A stretch of 64,000 nt of DNA, taken from the NCBI GenBank assembly GCA_021775425.1, contig JAJFHX010000048.1, positions 45,445 through 109,444 of the forward strand, in the 5' to 3' direction. The notes below the pieces were generated by a model that searched no databases, was not told the origin of the DNA, and was given only the letters and a program-made list of their open reading frames with translations. The position numbers were made by a program, and so were the translations under genes. Of the stretch, positions 1 through 10,691 are shown in pieces. Position 1 is the first letter of the stretch. Each line of letters opens with the position of its first letter. This DNA is from Hyphomicrobiales bacterium (lineage in GTDB: Bacteria > Pseudomonadota > Alphaproteobacteria > Rhizobiales > HXMU1428-3).

Positions 1-170
1 ATGTCTTCCATATCAGCTACACTTGGCCGCGCTGAAATAACCGACAACTCCTGATAAACCTGACAAGAATCGGCATTAATAATCACACCATCAAATTCAC
101 GTGCCAAAGCCAGCGCAAATTGTGATTTGCCACTCGCTGTCGGCCCCGCAATTAATATCGGTTTTGTCAT
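1..170 (-). CDS. miaA: tRNA dimethylallyltransferase, N-terminal part (runs off window start)
   Basis: Not in the ORF track. Manual translation from ATG 170 gives [49 protein letters not shown], with the MiaA P-loop GPTASGKS and the IINADSxQVY motif. Divergent from serB. Confidence 0.93.
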   Translation of the reverse strand, partial: MTKPILIAGPTASGKSQFALALAREFDGVIINADSCQVYQELSVISARPSVADMED

Positions 171-275
171 TTAAATATCCCAGCCAAAAATCAACTCGCC
201 TCTTTTGTAATCCCTCCATTTGCCATATAGAAAGGAAGCTTACAAATAATCAACAGTGCTCTATTAGAGGAACAA

Positions 276-1190
276 ATGACAAAAACGGCCTCAGTCCTCA
301 CCATCATCGCACCTGATGAACAGAATTTACTGAACGAGGAGTTTCTAAACTCCCTCAAAGAACATCTGAACATCGAAAAACAACCGGTGTGGCTGGCAGA
401 AAAGAAGGCCGTTGATCTCTTTCTTGAAGTTCCCTCACAAATGGCAAGTGCACCTGACACAATCAAACAGGATATAACATCTTACCTCCAACCATACCCA
501 CTTGATTTCGCCCTGCAACCTTTGGAAAGCCGCCGCAAAAAACTACTCATCTCAGATATGGACTCAACCATCATCAGCGAAGAATGCATTGATGAGATCG
601 CTCACATGGCCGGCATCAAACCCAAAATTGCCAGCATCACCGAACGGGCCATGCGCGGCGAAATCGAATTTGACTCCGCCCTGAAAGAACGCGTCTCTCT
701 GTTAAAAGGTCTGGACACAAACGCACTTGAAACTGTCATCAATGAGCGCATCCACCTCAACAAAGGCGCGCGAACTCTGGTGCAGACCATGGCCCAAAAC
801 GGGGCCTTTTGTGCACTGGTTTCAGGTGGGTTCACATTTTTCACTGAAAAGATTGCGGCCATGACCGGCTTTCATACCACCAGAGCCAACACGCTCGAAA
901 TGAAAGATGATAAATTAACCGGCAATGTCATTCCGCCAATTCTCGGCAGTGCCGCCAAAAAACATGCTTTGCACACTTTTGTTGGGCAACATAATATAAA
1001 TCTGGAATATACACTTGCAGTTGGCGATGGCGCTAACGATCTGGAAATGATTAATCTTTCAGGTCTTGGTGTGGCTTATTATGCCAAACCGATCGTCGCC
1101 GAGCAGGCAGACGCAGCCATCAACCACACAGACCTGACAAGCCTGCTATATTTCCAAGGGTATAAAAAGTCAGAATTTATCACCAGTTAA
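276..1190 (+). CDS. serB: Phosphoserine phosphatase (HAD family)
   Basis: HAD motifs LLISDMDSTII, LVSGGFTFF and AVGDGANDLEM. Confidence 0.95.
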   Translation: MTKTASVLTIIAPDEQNLLNEEFLNSLKEHLNIEKQPVWLAEKKAVDLFLEVPSQMASAPDTIKQDITSYLQPYPLDFALQPLESRRKKLLISDMDSTIISEECIDEIAHMAGIKPKIASITERAMRGEIEFDSALKERVSLLKGLDTNALETVINERIHLNKGARTLVQTMAQNGAFCALVSGGFTFFTEKIAAMTGFHTTRANTLEMKDDKLTGNVIPPILGSAAKKHALHTFVGQHNINLEYTLAVGDGANDLEMINLSGLGVAYYAKPIVAEQADAAINHTDLTSLLYFQGYKKSEFITS

Positions 1191-1228
1191 AGCACAACCT
1201 TAGCCAAGAAAACAGAACAAACACACCA

Positions 1229-2932
1229 ATGAACAAATACCTGATCCTGATCTCAACCCTCATCTTGAGCGTCACACTTCTTACTACAGGACTTTACACA
1301 ACTCGCCTTAGCGCCCAGAGCGATGAGGAAGAAAAAGTAAAGCAGGAGCAACAACAGGCCGAAGCCGTTGAAGCCCTGACCACTCTCGACCAGTTATTAC
1401 AAAACCGGCAAACTCAACAACAGTCCATCAAAAGACTAAAAGCTGAATTGCGCGCCGCCAAAGAAGATGTGACAAAAAAAGAAATTGAAGCGACCCTCAA
1501 AGCTGAAACCGAAAAACTAGAGCGCACCGAACAGCAAATTTCAGCCCTCACTGCCGGCATCACAGAAGAAGCCTATTACGAACGCGAAACCAAAAAATTC
1601 AATCTCCAGGATGAGTTGCAAAACCTGGCCGAACCCTTCGTCAAAATGGTGAAAAGCACCACCGAAACCGCCCGCCAGATTGATACCCTCAAACTCACCA
1701 TCAGCGATGCCATTCAACGCCAGGCCATAGCTGAAAGCGCCATAGATCGCATTCAAACACTAATCAAAACCAATGCAAAAACAAAATCATCCAATCTCAA
1801 AGCCACCAGTCGTCATCTTGAAAAAGAATTGAAAAACTGGGTTGAGCGGCAAAAAGAAGCCGCCAACCTGCAATCAACCTCAGAACAGCAACTGGCTCTG
1901 AAACAAAAAGCCGCGGCCAATTCAAATCTCGAAAACTATGCAACCGGATTCATCCGTACCAGAGGCCTCAACCTTTTAATCGCTATTCTGACCTTTTTCG
2001 GCACCTTTATGCTGCTACGCGGAATTAATAAACTCGCCGGCGTCCTGTTTCACAGAAAAGGCCGCAAGCACAGTTTTTATTCAAGGCTCATCCGCCTCCT
2101 CTATCAGGTCTTCACTATCCTTGGTGCCACCTTGATGATGATGATCGTGCTCAACCATCTAAATGACTGGATCTTATTAGGTGTCGCCGGCCTGTTCACC
2201 ATCGCCCTTGCCTGGATCGGCCTGAAAATGCTGCCTGTCTTAACCGAACAAGCCATTCTGCTGCTAAACCTTGGCGCGGTTCAGGAAGGCGAACGCCTGA
2301 TGATCGATGGTGTACCCTGGTTTGTGAAACGGCTCGATCACTACACCGTTCTAGAAAACCCCGCCCTTGATGGTGGCCATTTCACCGTGCCGATCCGCGA
2401 ACTGGTTGGCCGTCATTCCCGCCCACCCGCAAGAGACGAAGCCTGGTTTCCAACAAAGAAAGATGACTGGGTTCAACTGCAAAACGGTACCATCGCCAAA
2501 GTTGTCATCCAGACGCCAGAACTCGTACAGCTGGTTGAACTGGGCGGCGCCCGCATTACCTATCTGACAACAGAGTTTCTAAATACAAAAATTCGCAACA
2601 TCTCAACCGGCTTCCGCATCACAATGGAATTTGGAATTTCCTACAAACATCAGCACCAGGCAACGGATATCATCCCCGCCATGCTGCATGATCATATCAA
2701 AACCGGGCTGGATAAATTCATCGACCAGGAAAATCTTCTGGATCTTGAAATTGAACTACTGCGCGCTGGCAGCTCTTCCATAGATTATGAAATCGAAGCC
2801 GATTGCGATGGCAAAATTGCCCACCGCTATGAAGACATTGAAGGGGAAATCACAAGACTGGCAATTGAAGCCTGCAACAAATATGAACTCGAAATCCCCT
2901 ACCCGCAATTGGTAATCCATAAGCCGGAATAA
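1229..2932 (+). CDS. MscS-like mechanosensitive channel family protein with a long N-terminal coiled-coil region
   Basis: Signal or anchor helix, long Q/E/K-rich helical region, three hydrophobic segments, then LNLGAVQEGERL...LENP and FRITMEFGISY, which resemble MscS beta domains. Confidence 0.65.
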   Translation: MNKYLILISTLILSVTLLTTGLYTTRLSAQSDEEEKVKQEQQQAEAVEALTTLDQLLQNRQTQQQSIKRLKAELRAAKEDVTKKEIEATLKAETEKLERTEQQISALTAGITEEAYYERETKKFNLQDELQNLAEPFVKMVKSTTETARQIDTLKLTISDAIQRQAIAESAIDRIQTLIKTNAKTKSSNLKATSRHLEKELKNWVERQKEAANLQSTSEQQLALKQKAAANSNLENYATGFIRTRGLNLLIAILTFFGTFMLLRGINKLAGVLFHRKGRKHSFYSRLIRLLYQVFTILGATLMMMIVLNHLNDWILLGVAGLFTIALAWIGLKMLPVLTEQAILLLNLGAVQEGERLMIDGVPWFVKRLDHYTVLENPALDGGHFTVPIRELVGRHSRPPARDEAWFPTKKDDWVQLQNGTIAKVVIQTPELVQLVELGGARITYLTTEFLNTKIRNISTGFRITMEFGISYKHQHQATDIIPAMLHDHIKTGLDKFIDQENLLDLEIELLRAGSSSIDYEIEADCDGKIAHRYEDIEGEITRLAIEACNKYELEIPYPQLVIHKPE

Positions 2933-2935
2933 ATA

Positions 2936-2978
2936 AACAAAGCCCCGCACCTCAATCAAAGAGGAGCGGGGCTTTGTT
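2936..2978. terminator. Bidirectional intrinsic terminator
   Basis: AACAAAGCCCCGC-ACCTCAATCAAAGAGGA-GCGGGGCTTTGTT inverted repeat with A/T tails, between the convergent MscS-like gene and degP. Confidence 0.8.
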
Positions 2979-3046
2979 ATAAAAAACTTGTTATTTCAGT
3001 TTAGCCGCTCAAATAAATGAGGGGCGACCAATTCCAGAATGAATAA

Positions 3047-4633
3047 TCAACCCTGCGGGTTAGAAGGCAATGCCACAAAACTGAACTCACCACCCTCACG
3101 GGCAACAAAAAAGATGATGTTCTTTTTATTAGCAGCTTTAAGCGCCGTAACTTTTTTAACAACATCTTTGGGTGCAAAAACCTTTTCATGCATCACTTCA
3201 ACAATCACATGTCCAGCCTGAAGCCCCTTCTCCTGAGCCCGGCTGCCCGGTGCAACCTTGGTGATTAAAACACCCTTGGTTTTGCTGCCAATCTTAAACT
3301 GACGGCGCAGTGCCGGAGTAATGTTAGAAAGTGTCATGCCCAGCACTTCAGCTTTCTTTTTCACTTCAGGCTTAATCCTGTTCTGGCTTAATTCAGGGTT
3401 ATTCTTTTCAGCCTCTTCAAGCCGGGCAATCTCAACTTTAACAGTCGTTTCTTTGCCCTGACGCATCAGCTTCACATCAACCTTTTTCTCAACCGGTGTC
3501 AGCGCGACAATCTTCGGCAATTCACGAGAAGATTTTACATAGTGCCCGTCAAATTCAAGAATAATGTCACTCGCCACCATGCCCGCTTTATCTGCCGGGC
3601 CACCTTTAGTCACTCTGGCCACAAGCGCACCTTCAGCTTTTTTCATGCCAAAGCCATCAGCAATTTCAGGTGTCACTTTTTGAATAAGTACTCCAAGCCA
3701 GCCGCGCCGTGTTTCACCATATTTTTTCAATTGCGCAACAACATTCACAACAGTGTCTGAAGGCACAGAAAACCCGATGCCAATTGAACCGCCGGAAGGA
3801 GAAATAATCGCGGTGTTCACACCAATCACTTCACCCTTCATATTAAATAAAGGTCCACCCGAGTTACCCCGGTTAATCGCGGCATCAGTTTGAATAAATT
3901 CATCATAAGGGCCAGAGTTAATGTCCCTGTCTTTAGCGGAAACAATGCCAACAGTCACAGTACCACCAAGACCAAACGGGTTACCAATCGCCATCACCCA
4001 GTCACCAACACGCGCCGTTGAAGACTTCCCGAACGGTACCGCAGTCAATGGCTTTTTCGGTGTCACTTTAAGGAGCGCAAGGTCCGTTTTGCTGTCAACA
4101 CCGATCACTTTGTCAACTTTCAGTTTCGAACCATCGACAAAATTAATGAAAATCTCATCAGCACCCTTGATAACGTGGTTGTTGGTAACAATCAGTCCAT
4201 TAGGGTCAATCACAAAGCCCGAACCAAGTGAACTCACACGCTGCGCACGGTTATTCTCTTTGTTGTCGTCAAAAAAATCTTTGAAGAATTTTTCAAATGG
4301 CAAACCTTTTGGAATTTGCGGCGGGCGCCCACCAGGGCCTCCCTTTTTCGCAAAAGGATTTTTAACTTTCTGACTGGTAGAAATATTGACAACAGAATTT
4401 TGCAGGGTTGCCGCAAGATCAGCTAAAGTGCCGTCTTCTTGTTGTTTGGCATGAGCCTGGCTTGCCAGCAAAAGCGAGAGCAACAGAAATGAAACGGCAA
4501 TTAAAATTAACCCGTCTCTGATGAAAGAAGCCGTTTTTTGCTCCTTTACGGCAACACGGGCCACCGCCCGGTTACGTCTTAAGGCATCCTGCCGGGTTAA
4601 AGAAGTTTGTCTCTTTGTTACAATGCGCGGCAT
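3047..4633 (-). CDS. degP: Do/DegP/HtrA family serine endoprotease with two PDZ domains
   Basis: TNNHV, DLALLK and INRGNSGGPL catalytic triad motifs plus PDZ repeats. Start placed at ATG 4633, which has an AGGAG SD; the ORF track extends to 4702. Confidence 0.92.
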   Translation of the reverse strand: MPRIVTKRQTSLTRQDALRRNRAVARVAVKEQKTASFIRDGLILIAVSFLLLSLLLASQAHAKQQEDGTLADLAATLQNSVVNISTSQKVKNPFAKKGGPGGRPPQIPKGLPFEKFFKDFFDDNKENNRAQRVSSLGSGFVIDPNGLIVTNNHVIKGADEIFINFVDGSKLKVDKVIGVDSKTDLALLKVTPKKPLTAVPFGKSSTARVGDWVMAIGNPFGLGGTVTVGIVSAKDRDINSGPYDEFIQTDAAINRGNSGGPLFNMKGEVIGVNTAIISPSGGSIGIGFSVPSDTVVNVVAQLKKYGETRRGWLGVLIQKVTPEIADGFGMKKAEGALVARVTKGGPADKAGMVASDIILEFDGHYVKSSRELPKIVALTPVEKKVDVKLMRQGKETTVKVEIARLEEAEKNNPELSQNRIKPEVKKKAEVLGMTLSNITPALRRQFKIGSKTKGVLITKVAPGSRAQEKGLQAGHVIVEVMHEKVFAPKDVVKKVTALKAANKKNIIFFVAREGGEFSFVALPSNPQG

Positions 4634-4905
4634 CAATATTCTCCTGAAATGCACACCCAAATCCTTAGTATCATTAGCTAAAATAGCTGGCCATAAGGTC
4701 AAAATATGCAGAAAATTCTATAGCAAAACCAAGAGCACAGGCTCAATCGCTTCACCATTCCAATATAATATAGCCATCTACCGGCAAAATACCAGTAGAG
4801 GACCGATAAAACTCAGCCTAATTTCTAAAAAGAGTGAGGGTTTTTTATGTCTAAAACAAGCTGAAATCCGGCCAGATCACCAATAATTGAGAATTAGATT
4901 AACTC

Positions 4906-5100
4906 TTAAACCCTGAGATGCTGAACATACCAGATCAGCGCCACACCAAAAGCCAGTGAAGCCACACCTGCATAACGAAGGAATTGCTCATCCATTTCAA
5001 TCATTTGCTGAATAACTCTGGCAATCTGGTGAGGGAAAAGGCCCCATAAAAGCCCTTCAATAACAAAGGCGAAGCCAATTCCCATCACAAAATCAAGCAT
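4906..5100 (-). CDS. DUF2065 small membrane protein
   Basis: IEGLLWGLFP...LRYAG motif, two hydrophobic segments, TAATG overlap with the hflC stop. Confidence 0.85.
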   Translation of the reverse strand: MLDFVMGIGFAFVIEGLLWGLFPHQIARVIQQMIEMDEQFLRYAGVASLAFGVALIWYVQHLRV

Positions 5101-5969
5101 TATCTCTCGCCAGATGACTGGTTAAAATATTTAAAGAACTGAGAATTCGGAGTAATCACCAGTCTCGTATCACCAGAAGCAAGCCCTTTTTCATAAGCCT
5201 GCATTGACCGATAAAAAGAAAAGAATTTAGGGTCCCGGTTAAATGCTTCAGCAAAAACATTATTCCGCAACGCATCACCCTGACCGCGAATAATTTCAGA
5301 CTTTTTAGTCGCCTGAGCTTTCAGCTCTACAACTGAACGATCCGCCTGAGCGCGAATTGTGCGGGCAATCTCTTCACCCTGCGCCCGGTAAGTTGCCGCT
5401 TCCTGCTGGCGTTCACGCATCATCCGCGTATAAACATTATCACGCAACTGGTTCGGCAAATCGGCCCGTTTCAACCTGACATCAATCACCTCAACACCAA
5501 ATGGAACAGCCTGCTGGTGAACAATTTTTGTCACCTCATCCATCAGCTCTTTCCGTTTGTCCCGCACAATATCATCAAGGCTGGCAGCAGCCAGAACCCG
5601 GCGGAAAGACGCGTTCACAAAGTCAAACAAGCGACTGTCAAACTGCAACCTTGAGCCGATATTCTGATAAAATTTCAGCGGTTCAGTAATCTTATAGCGG
5701 GCAAAAGCATCAATAATAATCCGCTTTTTACCGGCAATCAGAATTTCCCGTGAAGGCACATCAACTTCAAGCAGCTTCTTGTCAAAGAAAACCACATTCT
5801 GAACAAATGGCACTTTAAAATGCAGCCCCGGTTCTGAAATTTCTTTTTTCACTGCACCAAGTTGCAGGACCATCGCCCGCTCTGTCTGGTGCACAGTAAA
5901 GATAGAAAAGTAAGCCGCAATCGCAGCGACGACGCCAACAACGATCAAAAAACTAAAAAATCCACGCAT
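5100..5969 (-). CDS. hflC: FtsH protease modulator HflC
   Basis: N-terminal TM, PGLHFKVPFVQNV, DVRLKRADLP, FFSFYRSMQAYE. Confidence 0.95.
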   Translation of the reverse strand: MRGFFSFLIVVGVVAAIAAYFSIFTVHQTERAMVLQLGAVKKEISEPGLHFKVPFVQNVVFFDKKLLEVDVPSREILIAGKKRIIIDAFARYKITEPLKFYQNIGSRLQFDSRLFDFVNASFRRVLAAASLDDIVRDKRKELMDEVTKIVHQQAVPFGVEVIDVRLKRADLPNQLRDNVYTRMMRERQQEAATYRAQGEEIARTIRAQADRSVVELKAQATKKSEIIRGQGDALRNNVFAEAFNRDPKFFSFYRSMQAYEKGLASGDTRLVITPNSQFFKYFNQSSGER

Positions 5970-5981
5970 CTTTGTCTCTCC

Positions 5982-7094
5982 CTATCTCTGAGCTGGTTTC
6001 TTATTTAATTCATTCAACGGCAGGTAAGGCACAACGCCCCCACCCTTGCCATCATTATCAAGAATCACTTTGTCCGTACCAGTAAACACCCGCTCCATCA
6101 TCTCAATGTAAAGCCGCTCCCGTGTCACTTCTGGAGCTTTGCTATATTCCTGATAAATAGATTTAAAGCGAGCCGCTTCACCTTCAGCTTCAGCCACAAC
6201 CCGCGACTTATAAGCTTCAGCATCTTCAGTAATACGCGCAGCAGCACCTCTGGCTTCAGGCACAACTTTGTTAATATAAGCTTTGGCTTCCTGTTCTAGC
6301 CGGCTCTTATCCTGCTTGGCGGCTTCCACATCGTTCACCGCTTTAATAACTTCGTTTGGAACGTCAGGCTTACCAATCAACACGACGAGAATGTTAATAC
6401 CAGAATCATATTCATCCAGTGTCTTTTGCATTGAGGTCTGCACCTGGTCCTGATTGGCCGCAAAAGTTTCATTGAGAACCGCATTCAGGGTCTTCTGACC
6501 AACCACTTCACGCATCGCACTTTCACCAACCTCACGCACAGTCTTGGCTGGATGCTCAACATTAAACAGATATTTCTTTGCGTCCTTAATATTCCACTGG
6601 ATAGTGAACTGCACATCAACGATGTTATTATCGCCAGTCAGCATCATGCTGGCATTCCTGTCAATCGGGCTATCATTAAACCCACGGCCACTAAATTCGC
6701 GCCCGCCACCAATGTTAATTTTCTGAGCAAATTGCGGTTTAATGAGATAAACCTGCTCAACTGGGTTAGGAAATCTGAGATGTAAGCCTTCAGGTAACGT
6801 ACGATGATACTTACCAAACTGCGTCACAATACCAACCTGATCGGGGTTAACTTTAACCGTAAAGGCAAAGAAACCAACAATCGCAGCAAGCCCTGCCAGA
6901 AACAGATAAAACAGCGGTCCGCCAGCACTACCACCTTTGCCGCCACCAGGCATTGCCCGTTTTAACCGGTCCTGGCTTTTCTTGAACAATTCTTCAATAT
7001 CAGGCTGTTGCCCGCCGCCTTTGCCACGTGGACCCCACGGCCCATCTCCACCACTTCTACCACCATTATTGCCGTTTTGACTGCTCCAGGGCAT
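5982..7094 (-). CDS. hflK: FtsH protease modulator HflK
   Basis: MPWS...GPWG N-terminus, MLTGDNNIVDVQF, APEVTRERLYIE, VVPYLPLNEL. Confidence 0.95.
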   Translation of the reverse strand: MPWSSQNGNNGGRSGGDGPWGPRGKGGGQQPDIEELFKKSQDRLKRAMPGGGKGGSAGGPLFYLFLAGLAAIVGFFAFTVKVNPDQVGIVTQFGKYHRTLPEGLHLRFPNPVEQVYLIKPQFAQKINIGGGREFSGRGFNDSPIDRNASMMLTGDNNIVDVQFTIQWNIKDAKKYLFNVEHPAKTVREVGESAMREVVGQKTLNAVLNETFAANQDQVQTSMQKTLDEYDSGINILVVLIGKPDVPNEVIKAVNDVEAAKQDKSRLEQEAKAYINKVVPEARGAAARITEDAEAYKSRVVAEAEGEAARFKSIYQEYSKAPEVTRERLYIEMMERVFTGTDKVILDNDGKGGGVVPYLPLNELNKKPAQR

Positions 7095-7241
7095 GCTTAT
7101 TTCCTATTAAGGTTGAATGACATAACTCATCTTCGGTAATTCACCCCTCACCCGTCAGACTGAAATTTCAGCTTTCGAATGAATATAATTACCGAACACG
7201 AAGCTCTCTTGTCATAAATTTGTATCTTGCCATTTAAAATC

Positions 7242-7270
7242 TATATGCTGTTATTTAGGCGCAATTTCAA
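7242..7270 (-). promoter_or_regulatory. Candidate sigma70/RpoH-type promoter of hflK-hflC
   Basis: Minus-strand TTGAAA-N17-CATATA about 150 nt upstream of hflK. Confidence 0.4.
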
Positions 7271-7377
7271 TTTTTTAAAGGTATTCTGGCAAAAAATTGC
7301 TTAACGCACTATACAGCAAACCTTTGCCTAAACCTTATAAAACCCACTTCAACCATATGCAATGGGCCATTATCAAG

Positions 7378-7407
7378 AAAAAGGGCGGCTTTTCATCAAA
7401 GCCACCC
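7378..7407 (-). terminator. Intrinsic terminator after chemoreceptor 1
   Basis: Minus-strand GGGTGGCTTT/AAAGCCGCCC stem followed by a T-run. Confidence 0.75.
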
Positions 7408-7431
7408 TCAAAAATCTGTATTTTGCTATAT

Positions 7432-8883
7432 TTATTCAGGCGTATAACCAATTCTAAAGCCGCCCCAGTGCCGGCCATTAATAAAGATCGGCGCGCTGAT
7501 ATCCTTCATCGGCACAAAATTCCCGCCGCCCATATCTCTCTGATACGTCTGTAATAGCAACGGCTCCTGGTTCATACCCGAACGCCGCCCGGTTAAATCA
7601 AGGAAATATCTGTGATTTCGGCAATTAGCTGTATTCCAAACCGGATCACTCCCCTGAGGTTTCGAAACTGCCAAAATATTTGCTGAAATATACGCAGTAT
7701 CATCAATTAATGCGCACCATTTAATCCGTTCATCTGTTGATACAACATCTTCAATTAAATCCTGAAAAGTCTGGTCAACAAATTTCGAAAATTTAGCAAT
7801 ATGTTGAACCGGGTCTGTACCCGGCACTTCTTCATGGTTGCGATCAAACAGCTCAGCCTCTGAAATAGCACCACTTGCCATCGCTTCACTTATTTTCGTA
7901 TTGATCAGCTCAACAGCAGCGCTGGCCTGATTGATAATTTTCGCTTCTTCTTTATTTGTCCCGCTGGTAATCGATTGAAGAACCAGGTCATCACTGTCGT
8001 CAGCGACTTTTCTCATTGTCCCTGAAACTTCAACCAGCTTAGAGCTGGATTTTTTCATATTCGTTGAAACTTTATTAGAAACCGCACTGAAATCTGAACA
8101 GGTCGCGTTCACGATCTCCATTTGCTGATCAATAATTCCATTGGTCCGGTCAATGGTTTCAATCGCACCTGAAACTTTTTCAAGAATCTCATTAAAAGAA
8201 CTCGAACATTCTTTCACATTCTCAGCGGTCCGGCCTGTTTCCCGGCTGGTTGAATTCAGCAATTCAAAACCATTTTTAATCTCAGCCAGCGTGTCTTCAA
8301 TTTGTGTCGTGGCTTCAGATGTTGATGAAGCAAGCGCTTTCACTTCATTCGCTACCACGCTGAAACCCTTGCCGGCTTCACCGGCACGCGCTGCTTCAAT
8401 CGTCGCATTTAGCGCCAGCAGATTGGTTTGTTTGGCAATCCCATTAATGACATTGGTAATATTACCTACATTTTCAAGCGCCGCATTCAACTGCGAGAGG
8501 CGCTCATCACTAGCCTCAACCGCTTTAATAAGTTTGTTGATCTGCTCATTGGTAGATTCAACCGTTTCGCGAGAATGCTTAATTTCATTATTCGCTTCGT
8601 TCGAAACAACATTGGCTTCAGATATGTTATTTGAGATTTCAGAAGCTGTCGTCTGCAGCTCAATAAGCTGTTCTACAAAGCCATCAAATTCCTGCACATC
8701 ATGTTGAGCAATATCTGCCACATCTTTAATTTCATCAGCAGAAACCGCAATATCAAGAGCAACACGGCTCAATGTGGTGGAAATGATATTTAAAGTGTCT
8801 CTTGCAACACCTTTCCCCTCAGTCGGTTTTGGCGCTTCATTCAAATCTTCTTCAACCTCAGCCATGTCAACAGCAACTGACAT
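7432..8883 (-). CDS. Soluble methyl-accepting chemotaxis protein with C-terminal sensor-like (Cache-like) domain
   Basis: [30 protein letters not shown] signalling tip, no TM helix, C-terminal LFD...GTDP...[10 protein letters not shown] domain. Start at ATG 8883 with GGAGA SD. Confidence 0.9.
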   Translation of the reverse strand: MSVAVDMAEVEEDLNEAPKPTEGKGVARDTLNIISTTLSRVALDIAVSADEIKDVADIAQHDVQEFDGFVEQLIELQTTASEISNNISEANVVSNEANNEIKHSRETVESTNEQINKLIKAVEASDERLSQLNAALENVGNITNVINGIAKQTNLLALNATIEAARAGEAGKGFSVVANEVKALASSTSEATTQIEDTLAEIKNGFELLNSTSRETGRTAENVKECSSSFNEILEKVSGAIETIDRTNGIIDQQMEIVNATCSDFSAVSNKVSTNMKKSSSKLVEVSGTMRKVADDSDDLVLQSITSGTNKEEAKIINQASAAVELINTKISEAMASGAISEAELFDRNHEEVPGTDPVQHIAKFSKFVDQTFQDLIEDVVSTDERIKWCALIDDTAYISANILAVSKPQGSDPVWNTANCRNHRYFLDLTGRRSGMNQEPLLLQTYQRDMGGGNFVPMKDISAPIFINGRHWGGFRIGYTPE

Positions 8884-8940
8884 CCGCAAATTCTCCCAAT
8901 GGACGTAAAATAACGATATGACGAGACTAAAGTTTAGTGA

Positions 8941-8956
8941 TTAATGAAGTCTTACC
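8941..8956. promoter_or_regulatory. CtrA-like box upstream of chemoreceptor 1
   Basis: TTAA-TGAAGTC-TTACC, a near match to the TTAA-N7-TTAA consensus. Confidence 0.45.
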
Positions 8957-9001
8957 CTGTGTAACATATTACCCCAATTATAACATGAAACTATTGGGCA
9001 A

Positions 9002-10468
9002 TCAGGGTTTGTAACCAATGCGGAAGCCACCCCAGTGCCGTCCCTGCACCCAAACCGGGGCTGAGCAGTCCTTCATGACCACAAAATTGCCGCCGCCCAT
9101 ATCCCTGAGATAAGTCTGCAACAATATTTCTTCCTTGTTCGAACCAGAGCGGCTCCCGGTTGGGTCATCAAAAATCCGGCGGTTGCGAGAATGGGCCGCA
9201 TTCCATACAGGGTCATCCCCCTGCGGCTGTGAAAATTGTTTGTTATGGGTAGGCAGATACGCCTTGTCATCAATCGCAGCACAAAACACAATGTTAGAAT
9301 TTCTGGTGAGAATTTCTTCCTGCAAATCAGTCAGAACTTTATCAGTAAAAAGCGTATAACGTGTCATATGCTGAACCGGGTCAGTTCCTTCAATCGGCTG
9401 ATAATTCCGGTCAAACAGGTCTTCTAAACCAATTTCACCCGAAGCAACACTTTCCTCAAATATCTGACTGACACGAGCTGCTGTATCCTTAGCATAGCCG
9501 ATAATTTCCCGGTCACTGATATTGGCACCATTTGAAGCTGCCATAACCACTAAACTGTCGCCAGCATCACAAATCCCGCTCATCTGTGTTGAAACTTCAT
9601 TCAGAGAATGCACCGCTTCTTCTACATTTTGCGAAACAACATCAGCAGTTGATAAAATATCATTACAGGTTCCAATCACATCACTCATGCGCTGTGCGAT
9701 CCGGTCTGTTTCCTCATCAACCTCAGATAGTGATTGAGACGCACCATTAAGCATTTCAGTAAAATGTGAAGCTTGTGTTTCAACTTCATTGGCCGTCAGG
9801 GTCGCCGATTTACTCTGATCACTAAGCCGCCCGAACCCGTTCTTGATTTCGGTCAGCGTTTCTTCAATTTGTGCGGTTGCTTCAGAAGTAGATGAAGCAA
9901 GAGCCTTCACTTCTGATGCTACGACACTAAACCCTTTGCCGGCTTCACCGGCCCGCGCTGCTTCAATGGTCGCATTTAGCGCAAGCAGATTAGTTTGCTT
10001 CGCAATCCCGTGAATAACACTCGCAATGTTCCCGACATTTTCCAGCGAAGAACTCATCATCGTCATATGGTTTTCAATCGTCTCAACAGACTGAACCAGG
10101 CTGGAAATTTTCATAATTGTATTGGAGACAGTTTCCTGAGAGGCGCTCATCTCATGATTGGCGCCGCGTGCAACTTCACTGGAATGCTGCACATCCTGCC
10201 CGATTTTTTCATTTATTTCGCGCAGCTTGATAATCTGCTCAATAAACCTGGCGAATTCTGCTTTATCCGCTTTGGAACGCTGTGAGATTCCATCAACTTT
10301 TCCAGAAGCCGTGGCAATTTCAAGTCCCAAATGACTTAACCTGGTACTCAGCTCGTTAAAGGCCTTAATCACAACCTCAAGAGACTGCTTTTGTGGCACC
10401 ACTGAAAGCTCATTCATGCCGTCAGGAGAATTTCCGGTTTCATCGATTGCAACTTGTTCTGCACTCAT
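9002..10468 (-). CDS. Soluble methyl-accepting chemotaxis protein, tandem paralog
   Basis: Same architecture and motifs as 7432..8883. Probable start MSAEQ at 10468; the ORF track extends to 10540. Confidence 0.9.
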   Translation of the reverse strand: MSAEQVAIDETGNSPDGMNELSVVPQKQSLEVVIKAFNELSTRLSHLGLEIATASGKVDGISQRSKADKAEFARFIEQIIKLREINEKIGQDVQHSSEVARGANHEMSASQETVSNTIMKISSLVQSVETIENHMTMMSSSLENVGNIASVIHGIAKQTNLLALNATIEAARAGEAGKGFSVVASEVKALASSTSEATAQIEETLTEIKNGFGRLSDQSKSATLTANEVETQASHFTEMLNGASQSLSEVDEETDRIAQRMSDVIGTCNDILSTADVVSQNVEEAVHSLNEVSTQMSGICDAGDSLVVMAASNGANISDREIIGYAKDTAARVSQIFEESVASGEIGLEDLFDRNYQPIEGTDPVQHMTRYTLFTDKVLTDLQEEILTRNSNIVFCAAIDDKAYLPTHNKQFSQPQGDDPVWNAAHSRNRRIFDDPTGSRSGSNKEEILLQTYLRDMGGGNFVVMKDCSAPVWVQGRHWGGFRIGYKP

Positions 10469-10599
10469 TCCGACCCCATAGATAAAGAAAAATGACAATA
10501 CTCCATCACGCTCTTGGTAAAGAGACGTCATGAAATTCATTCAGCCAGGAGCTTTTTCGCTCCATTTTTAAGTCTTTGAATAAATCGTAGAGTGAAGTA

Positions 10600-10615
10600 G
10601 TTAATTTTCATTCAA
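10600..10615. promoter_or_regulatory. CtrA-like box upstream of chemoreceptor 2
   Basis: Minus-strand TTGA-ATGAAAA-TTAAC, one mismatch to TTAA-N7-TTAAC. Confidence 0.4.
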
Positions 10616-10691
10616 TGGAAATGGTGTCTAGAACTATAGTAGAGGGTCTGTAGAGCCCAAAAAAGCTCATATTAAGCTTTAACTGATCGCA

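Noticed and set aside
4540-4633. Twin-arginine signal in the DegP N-terminus (ALRRNR)
   Set aside because: Lacks S/T-R-R-x-F-L-K and lies far from the hydrophobic core; a long Sec n-region ending in AHA is more likely.
8367-9995. Near-identical 60-nt blocks at about 8367 and 9932 as a mobile repeat
   Set aside because: They encode the conserved chemoreceptor signalling tip of the two paralogs.
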